Source: Candidatus Kapaibacterium sp.
GTDB lineage: Bacteria > Bacteroidota > Ignavibacteria > Kapaibacteriales > UBA2268
Length of the DNA: 64,000 nt
Assembly (NCBI GenBank): GCA_026418625.1
Contig: JAOABA010000055.1
Location: 73,770 to 137,769 of the forward strand
Direction of reading: 5' to 3'
Both the position numbers and the translations under genes were made by a program. The notes beneath the pieces are model-generated. The model searched no databases, was not told the DNA's origin, and saw only the letters and a program-made list of their open reading frames with translations. Below, piece by piece: positions 58,466-64,000 of the stretch (its first letter is position 1; each line of letters opens with the position of its first letter).

Positions 58466-61400
58466 ATGTATGAAGAAATTCGTGATAGAACTTCTTTCAA
58501 TGAAATAGAGCTTAAAGTGATAGATTTCTGGGAAAGAAATTCAATATTTGAAAAGACTATTGAAAGGCGAAAGGATGCTAAGTATTTCAGTTTTTATGAA
58601 GGTCCACCAACAGTAAATGGAAAGCCGGGAATACATCACTTGATGGCTCGAACCTTAAAAGATACCGTATGTAGATATAAAACAATGACCGGTTACTATG
58701 TTCGCAGACAAGCCGGATGGGACACCCACGGATTACCTGTTGAAATTGCAGTTGAAAAAGAGTTAGGTCTATCCAGCAAAGCAGACACTATAAAATACGG
58801 CATCGAAAATTTCAATAGAAAATGCAAGGAATTTGTATATAGAAATATAGAGATGGAAGGTGGTTGGCGGGAACTGACAAGAAGAATGGGTTACTGGATT
58901 GATTTAAATAAAGCTTATATAACTTGCACAAATGATTATATTGAGTCAGTTTGGTGGGCTTTGAAACAGTATTACGATAAAGGGCTTATTTATAAAGGAT
59001 TTAAAGTAATTCCTCAATCTCCGACTATTGAAACTCCTTTGAGTCATCACGAATTATCCTTGGGTTACAAAGAAGTTAGAGATCCTAATTGTTATATCAA
59101 ATTAAAAGTATTAAAATCTAATCTAAAAGAAATCGAAAACGGAGAACTATTAGTTTGGACAACCACTCCTTGGACTTTGCTTGCTAACGTGGCTTTGGCA
59201 GTAGGTGAAGATATTGATTATGTTTATGTTCGAAATAGAGTAACTACGAAGGACGAAGAAAAAATACACAATTTGGTTCTTGCTAAAAGCAGATTGTCAG
59301 CGTTGGATGGCGAATATGAAGTAATATCTATGTTCAAAGGTAAAGATTTACTCGGAACAGAATATGAACAGATTTTTAATTATGAAAAAATAGATAAAGA
59401 AAAATACCCTGATGCTTTGAAAGTATTGCCCGGTGATTTTGTTTCGACAGAAGATGGAAGTGGAATTGTCCATATCGCCCCTGCTTTTGGTGAAGATGAC
59501 TATCAGATGTATAAAAAATTTAGAATACCTTTTCTACAACCTGTAACTCCAAATGGGCACTTTACTCAGAATATGGGTGAGTTTGCTGGTCGTGCTGTTA
59601 AAACATTTACTTATAACAAAAAATCAGATAATGGAGAAGAAGAAATTTACGTAGAAGAAGGTTGTGATAAAGATATTATATATGCACTTAAAGTTGCGGG
59701 TAAATTATACAGATCAAGAAATGATTATCTCCATAGCTATCCACATTGCTGGAGAACAGGTAATCCTGTTATTTATTATGCTCGGGAATCTTGGTTCATA
59801 AAATCACCCGAATTCAAAGATAGAATGATTGAGTTGAACAAAGAAATTAATTGGCAACCACCCGAAATCGGCTCAGGAAGATTTGGTAATTGGCTTGAGG
59901 AAGTTAAAGAGTGGTCGCTTTCAAGGGACAGATTCTGGGGAACACCTTTGCCAATTTGGATTTCTGAGGATGGGGAGGAACAATTTGCTATCGGTTCAAT
60001 TGAAGAATTGATGGAAGGTATTTATGAATTTCCAGACGGAAGCAAGAAACCTCTGAAAGAAGCAGATGTTGAGATTGATTTGCACCGCCCATTTGTTGAT
60101 AGAGTAATTTTTGAAAAAAATGGAAAAATTTTCAGAAGAGTGCCAGAAGTAATTGATGTCTGGTTTGATTCTGGTGCAATGCCATTTGCACAATTCCATT
60201 ATCCATTTGAAAATCAGGAATTATTTCATAATAGTTTTCCTGCCGATTACATTGCTGAAGGTATTGACCAAACTCGTGGCTGGTTTTATACCCTTCATAA
60301 TATAGCTGTTGCTTTATTTAATAAACCAGCGTTCAAAAATATCATTGTTAATGAATTGATTCTTGACAAAAACGGTGTTAAGATGTCCAAATCAAAAGGA
60401 AATGTTGTTAATCCTTTTGAAGTAATGGAACGTTTTGGCGCTGATGCTGTAAGATGGTATTTATTGGTGAACAATCCACCGTGGAAAGCAACCCTATTCA
60501 ATGAAGACGATATTGCTAAAACAATTATCTCAGATTTTTTCAGGTCTTTGACAAATATTTACTCATTTTTTGCCTTATATGCAAATATTGATGGTTTTAC
60601 AGGAAAAGAAAAACAAGTTGATATTTCCGAGAGACTTGAAATTGACAGGTGGGTCATCTCAAGAATAAATACACTTATTTCAGAATACCGAAATAACTTA
60701 GAAAAATATGATTTAACACGTGCTTTCAGAGCAGTGCAGAATTTTGTTATCTATGAACTTTCTAATTGGTATATCCGTAGAAATCGAAGGAGGTTTTGGA
60801 AGGGAGAAAATGATAAAGAAAAATTAGCTGCATATCAGACTTTGAGAGAAGTATTGATTGATGTTCTTCTGATGATGGCACCTGCTGCTCCTTTCATATC
60901 TGAAGACATTTATCAAAAATTGCGAAATGATGATGAACCCGAATCGATTCATTTAATGGATATTCCAACATCGAAGAAACATTTAATTGATGAAGAGCTT
61001 GAACATAAAATGTTCATAGCTCAAAAGATCGTAACTCTTACCCGATTTTTAAGAGAGAAAGCTAAGATTAGAGTTCGACAGCCTTTGTCAAGAATACTAA
61101 TACCAGTTCTTACTGCTCAAGAACGAAGGGATATTCAATATTTTGAGTCAATTATCAAAGAAGAAGTCAATATTAAAAATATTGAATATGTAACAGGTGA
61201 AGCTGAAATAGTAAGAAAAAAAGCCAAACCCAATTTTAAAACTATTGGAAAGAAATTTGGTAAAACTACTCAAACTATCGCTGATTTAATCCGAAATATG
61301 AGTAATTCAGATATTCTACAACTCGAAAATAACTCAAAATTTGTTTTCAAAGTTGAAGATAATGAGTATGAAATTACAATTGATGATGTTGAAATATTAA

Positions 61401-61735
61401 GCGAAGATATTGAGGGTTGGCTTGTTGCAAGTGAGGAAGGCTTAACAGTTGCACTTGATACAACTATCACAGATGATTTGCTCAGTGAAGGTTTGGCGCG
61501 AGAATTTGTGAACAGAATTCAAAATATAAGAAAATCTAAAGATTTTGATGTAACTGACAGAATTAAAATTGAATTCAAAGCTGACGATAATATTTCTTCA
61601 AGGATTTTAAAACTTTCTAAGTATATTTGTAATGAGACTTTAGCTGAGACGCTTCAACTAAATGATCAGATTAATGGAGAGATAATCGAAATTTTCGATG
61701 AAAATATAGAAGTTTTAGTTGAAAAGGTTTCTTAA
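58466..61735 (+). CDS. ileS: isoleucine--tRNA ligase
   Basis: It has a 'PPTVNGKPGIHHL' HIGH region and 'KMSKSKGN'. It is 1089 aa with a CP1 editing-domain region. Confidence 0.95.
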   Translation: MYEEIRDRTSFNEIELKVIDFWERNSIFEKTIERRKDAKYFSFYEGPPTVNGKPGIHHLMARTLKDTVCRYKTMTGYYVRRQAGWDTHGLPVEIAVEKELGLSSKADTIKYGIENFNRKCKEFVYRNIEMEGGWRELTRRMGYWIDLNKAYITCTNDYIESVWWALKQYYDKGLIYKGFKVIPQSPTIETPLSHHELSLGYKEVRDPNCYIKLKVLKSNLKEIENGELLVWTTTPWTLLANVALAVGEDIDYVYVRNRVTTKDEEKIHNLVLAKSRLSALDGEYEVISMFKGKDLLGTEYEQIFNYEKIDKEKYPDALKVLPGDFVSTEDGSGIVHIAPAFGEDDYQMYKKFRIPFLQPVTPNGHFTQNMGEFAGRAVKTFTYNKKSDNGEEEIYVEEGCDKDIIYALKVAGKLYRSRNDYLHSYPHCWRTGNPVIYYARESWFIKSPEFKDRMIELNKEINWQPPEIGSGRFGNWLEEVKEWSLSRDRFWGTPLPIWISEDGEEQFAIGSIEELMEGIYEFPDGSKKPLKEADVEIDLHRPFVDRVIFEKNGKIFRRVPEVIDVWFDSGAMPFAQFHYPFENQELFHNSFPADYIAEGIDQTRGWFYTLHNIAVALFNKPAFKNIIVNELILDKNGVKMSKSKGNVVNPFEVMERFGADAVRWYLLVNNPPWKATLFNEDDIAKTIISDFFRSLTNIYSFFALYANIDGFTGKEKQVDISERLEIDRWVISRINTLISEYRNNLEKYDLTRAFRAVQNFVIYELSNWYIRRNRRRFWKGENDKEKLAAYQTLREVLIDVLLMMAPAAPFISEDIYQKLRNDDEPESIHLMDIPTSKKHLIDEELEHKMFIAQKIVTLTRFLREKAKIRVRQPLSRILIPVLTAQERRDIQYFESIIKEEVNIKNIEYVTGEAEIVRKKAKPNFKTIGKKFGKTTQTIADLIRNMSNSDILQLENNSKFVFKVEDNEYEITIDDVEILSEDIEGWLVASEEGLTVALDTTITDDLLSEGLAREFVNRIQNIRKSKDFDVTDRIKIEFKADDNISSRILKLSKYICNETLAETLQLNDQINGEIIEIFDENIEVLVEKVS

Positions 61736-61817
61736 ACTTTCTTTATATTAATTTTTATTGTTTTAATTTATTTTATTTATATTATATTTGCAACTCTTTA
61801 ATTAAGGAGTAATTTAA

Positions 61818-62834
61818 ATGGCTAATAAAACTAAATCAGAAAAAAAAGAAAAGAAAACGAATGAATCAAAAGTTGTTACATCAAAAAATGCGACTACTAA
61901 GGATAAAGCTTCGAAAGTCAAAAAGACTCCTGAGGAACTGGAAATAAATCCAGTAAAAAAATCTGTGGTTAAAGCTAAAACTACAAAAGCAGATGATAAA
62001 ACCACCGCTGTCAAAAAGACTTCTTCTAAAAAAGATTTAAAAACTGATGATTTAGCAAAAACAACAGCCAAAAAAACAGAATCAAAGAAAAAATCTGTTG
62101 ATGTTGAGATAAAGTCAGCAGCAAAATCTTCTAAGGCTGTTAAATCCAAAGAAAGTGTTACTGACAAAGCAACAATAAAAGAGAAAACTGCAAAGAAAGA
62201 AGAAAAGAAAGAAGTAAAAATAAAAGCAGAACCAAAAAAAGAAGAAAAAATAGAAAAAGTATCCAAGCCTAAGAAGGAAAAAAAGACAATAGAAAAAGCT
62301 GAAAAAGAGATAATTCCTGAAAAGAAAATAGTTAAAGAAGAAGTTACAGAAAAAACTGAAGAATTAAAAGAAACTAAAAAAGTTCAGGAAGTGCCAGCCC
62401 AACCAGAAAAACCAAAACCAACAGTTCGTTATTCTGATGAAGATTTGGAAATGTTCAAGGCAAAAATTCTTGAAGTCAGAAAAGAAGCAATAGAAGAACT
62501 TGGTATGTTAAAAGAAAGACTCGAGGATTTAACAAATTATGACTTTGCCGAAGAAAGTATGATTTACTCGATGCATATGGCTGAGCAGGGTTCTGAAGCA
62601 ATGGAAAAAGAAAAAACCTATGCCCAGATCCAACGAATAAATGAATATATCAAAAAACTTGACGAAGCATTACAGAGGATTGCCGATAAAACTTATGGTA
62701 TATGCAGAGAATGCGGAATTCTAATTGCAAAGGAAAGGTTATTGGCTGTTCCAATAACTACATTATCTGCAAGTTGGAAAATTCGAAAAGTTTGTCCAGA
62801 AGATGGAATTGATAGAATCGAACCTTTAAAATAA
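61818..62834 (+). CDS. DksA/TraR-like protein with ~190-aa lysine-rich histone-H1-like N-terminal extension
   Basis: The N-terminus is low-complexity K/A/T/E-rich. The C-terminal coiled coil is followed by 'YGICRECG...VCPEDG', a CxxC...C..D degenerate C4 finger. Confidence 0.5.
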   Translation: MANKTKSEKKEKKTNESKVVTSKNATTKDKASKVKKTPEELEINPVKKSVVKAKTTKADDKTTAVKKTSSKKDLKTDDLAKTTAKKTESKKKSVDVEIKSAAKSSKAVKSKESVTDKATIKEKTAKKEEKKEVKIKAEPKKEEKIEKVSKPKKEKKTIEKAEKEIIPEKKIVKEEVTEKTEELKETKKVQEVPAQPEKPKPTVRYSDEDLEMFKAKILEVRKEAIEELGMLKERLEDLTNYDFAEESMIYSMHMAEQGSEAMEKEKTYAQIQRINEYIKKLDEALQRIADKTYGICRECGILIAKERLLAVPITTLSASWKIRKVCPEDGIDRIEPLK

Positions 62835-62880
62835 ATTATATCATTTTTTACTATTATGGGACTTAATAGTCCCTTTTTTT

Positions 62881-63534
62881 TTGAAATATAATATGAACGA
62901 AAAAAATAATACAAAAACAATATATCCATTTTTTCTAATTTCTATACTATTTGTAATTCTGGATCAAATTTCAAAATATATGATTTATCAATATTTTGGG
63001 ATAAGTCATATAGGTTTCGGTGATAATGCATATTACACAAGGAGTGTATTTTCTGATATTAATATTATTGGTGATATTATTAAGTTTACGTATGTTGAGA
63101 ATGCTGGTATTGCTTTTGGTATAGGATTTGGACCATTCAAAATAATTTTAAGTATCTTTTCCGTAGTTGCTGGAATATTGCTCACATTATATCTCTATAA
63201 ACTGAAAAATTTTCACTGGGGTATAAAAATCGGAGTATCTCTGATATTAGCTGGAGCGGTTGGGAATTTGATTGACAGAGTATTTTATGGATTAATATTT
63301 GGATACGCTGACTTGTTTTATGGAAAAGTCATTGATTTTATTTTGGTTGATATACCAGATATTGAATTTCTAAATTTAAGATATTGGCCCGTCTTCAATA
63401 TTGCCGATTCTTGTGTTACGGTGGGGGTATTTTTTTTATTAATATTTTATAAACATATTCCTTCAATGAAAGAAATTTTGCCAAAAAAAATTGAAAAGGC
63501 TGAAATAACTGATTTTTCTAAAGTAGCAGATTAA
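62881..63534 (+). CDS. lspA: lipoprotein signal peptidase II
   Basis: It has 'ENAGIAFGIGFG' and 'FNIADSCVTVGV' motifs and four TM segments. Confidence 0.85.
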   Translation: MKYNMNEKNNTKTIYPFFLISILFVILDQISKYMIYQYFGISHIGFGDNAYYTRSVFSDINIIGDIIKFTYVENAGIAFGIGFGPFKIILSIFSVVAGILLTLYLYKLKNFHWGIKIGVSLILAGAVGNLIDRVFYGLIFGYADLFYGKVIDFILVDIPDIEFLNLRYWPVFNIADSCVTVGVFFLLIFYKHIPSMKEILPKKIEKAEITDFSKVAD

Positions 63535-63592
63535 TTCGAAAAGTTCAAACAAATAAAATATTTAACTTTTATTACGCTTTAAATAAAATTAG

Positions 63593-64000
63593 ATGGATGA
63601 GAATATAAATTATCCTGATTATATCGAAAGTGTTTTTGAATTCAAAGTTACTGCAGGTCAAAACCCACAACGTCTCGATGTTTATCTTGTAAATAGTATA
63701 AAAAATGCAACTCGAACAAAAGTCCAAAAAGCAATAGATGAGGGTTTTGTAACAATTAATGGCAAAGTTACAAAAGGAAGTAAGAAAGTTCAACCCGGCG
63801 ATTTAATTATTTGTAAATTATTAAAGCCACCTCCAATTGAACTTATTCCTGAAGATATTCCACTTAATATTATTTTTGAAGATGAGTATTTAATATTGGT
63901 AAATAAGCCCTCAGGTATGGTTTCTCATCCGGGGTTTGGGAATAGGAGCGGAACTTTAGTTAATGCTCTCCTATATCATTTAGGGCATCGTGATAGAATA
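63593..64000 (+). CDS. RluA-family pseudouridine synthase (RluD-like), 3'-truncated by window end
   Basis: ATG at 63593. It has an S4-like N-terminus ('RLDVYLVNSIKNATRTKVQKAIDEGFVTINGKV') and 'LVNKPSGMVSHPG'. It is not in the ORF track because there is no stop within the window. Confidence 0.75.
   Translation, partial: MDENINYPDYIESVFEFKVTAGQNPQRLDVYLVNSIKNATRTKVQKAIDEGFVTINGKVTKGSKKVQPGDLIICKLLKPPPIELIPEDIPLNIIFEDEYLILVNKPSGMVSHPGFGNRSGTLVNALLYHLGHRDRI

Noticed and set aside
61814-62266. 150-aa minus-strand ORF overlapping the DksA-like gene
   Set aside because: It is the reverse-complement translation of the lysine-codon-rich (AAA/AAG) region, which gives Phe/Ser-rich nonsense. It is not a gene.
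1-64000. CRISPR array, or a diversity-generating retroelement acting on the tail fibre
   Set aside because: There are no short regularly spaced direct repeats anywhere. No ORF has a reverse-transcriptase YxDD motif. No template/variable repeat pair was found near the fibre genes.

Overview
This is an AT-rich 64-kb window. T9SS-type C-terminal sorting domains on two proteins and an encoded tmRNA tag ANENYALAA point to an FCB-group bacterium (Bacteroidota/Ignavibacteriota-like); that taxonomic call is an inference.

Positions ~1.4-34.5 kb are a phage-derived block.
- A leftward operon runs from 10878 down to 1410. It encodes a class-I SAM methyltransferase, a PAPS-reductase-like protein, a small ORF, a DPPW DNA methyltransferase, a ParB-like protein, terminase small and large subunits, a portal, a MuF-family head-morphogenesis protein with a long C-terminal extension, and a Mu gpG-like protein.
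- It diverges at a palindrome-bearing intergenic region (~10.9-11.1 kb) from a rightward operon. That operon carries Mu gpI/T/gp36/gp37-like head genes, an embedded lysis-like cassette (small membrane proteins plus a CHAP peptidoglycan hydrolase), a tail fibre and large structural proteins, and a G/G-T tail-assembly chaperone pair with an in-frame T TTT TTT -1 slippery site.
- Downstream of the chaperone is a cargo island flanked by 91-bp direct repeats, then an XRE-HTH/COG2856 peptidase plus PIN-like gene pair, and finally a 1910-aa tape-measure protein.
- The block ends at a minus-strand tmRNA (ssrA) gene at 34674-35036. No integrase, repressor or replication genes are visible, so the element is either truncated or continues left of position 1.

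From ~35.1 kb onward the window is ordinary chromosome: a MeaB/ArgK-like GTPase, rpsD, lepA, lepB, hemW-like, a CDF transporter, P5C/aldehyde dehydrogenase, alr, scpA/scpB, a TonB-dependent receptor, a CDGSH protein, argS, rsfS, an M4 metalloprotease T9SS cargo gene interrupted by one in-frame TAA, a CaCA antiporter, ileS, a DksA/TraR-like protein with a lysine-rich N-terminus, lspA and a partial rluD-like gene.

The candidates I rank highest for novelty are:
- the repeat-flanked cargo island (membrane protein plus lipoprotein) together with the adjacent XRE-COG2856 plus PIN-like pair;
- the IbrAB-like ParB / PAPS-reductase / two-methyltransferase island next to the terminase;
- the MuF fusion with a possible ADP-ribosyltransferase-like C-terminal domain;
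- an orphan minimal-nucleotidyltransferase-like gene at the tmRNA junction.
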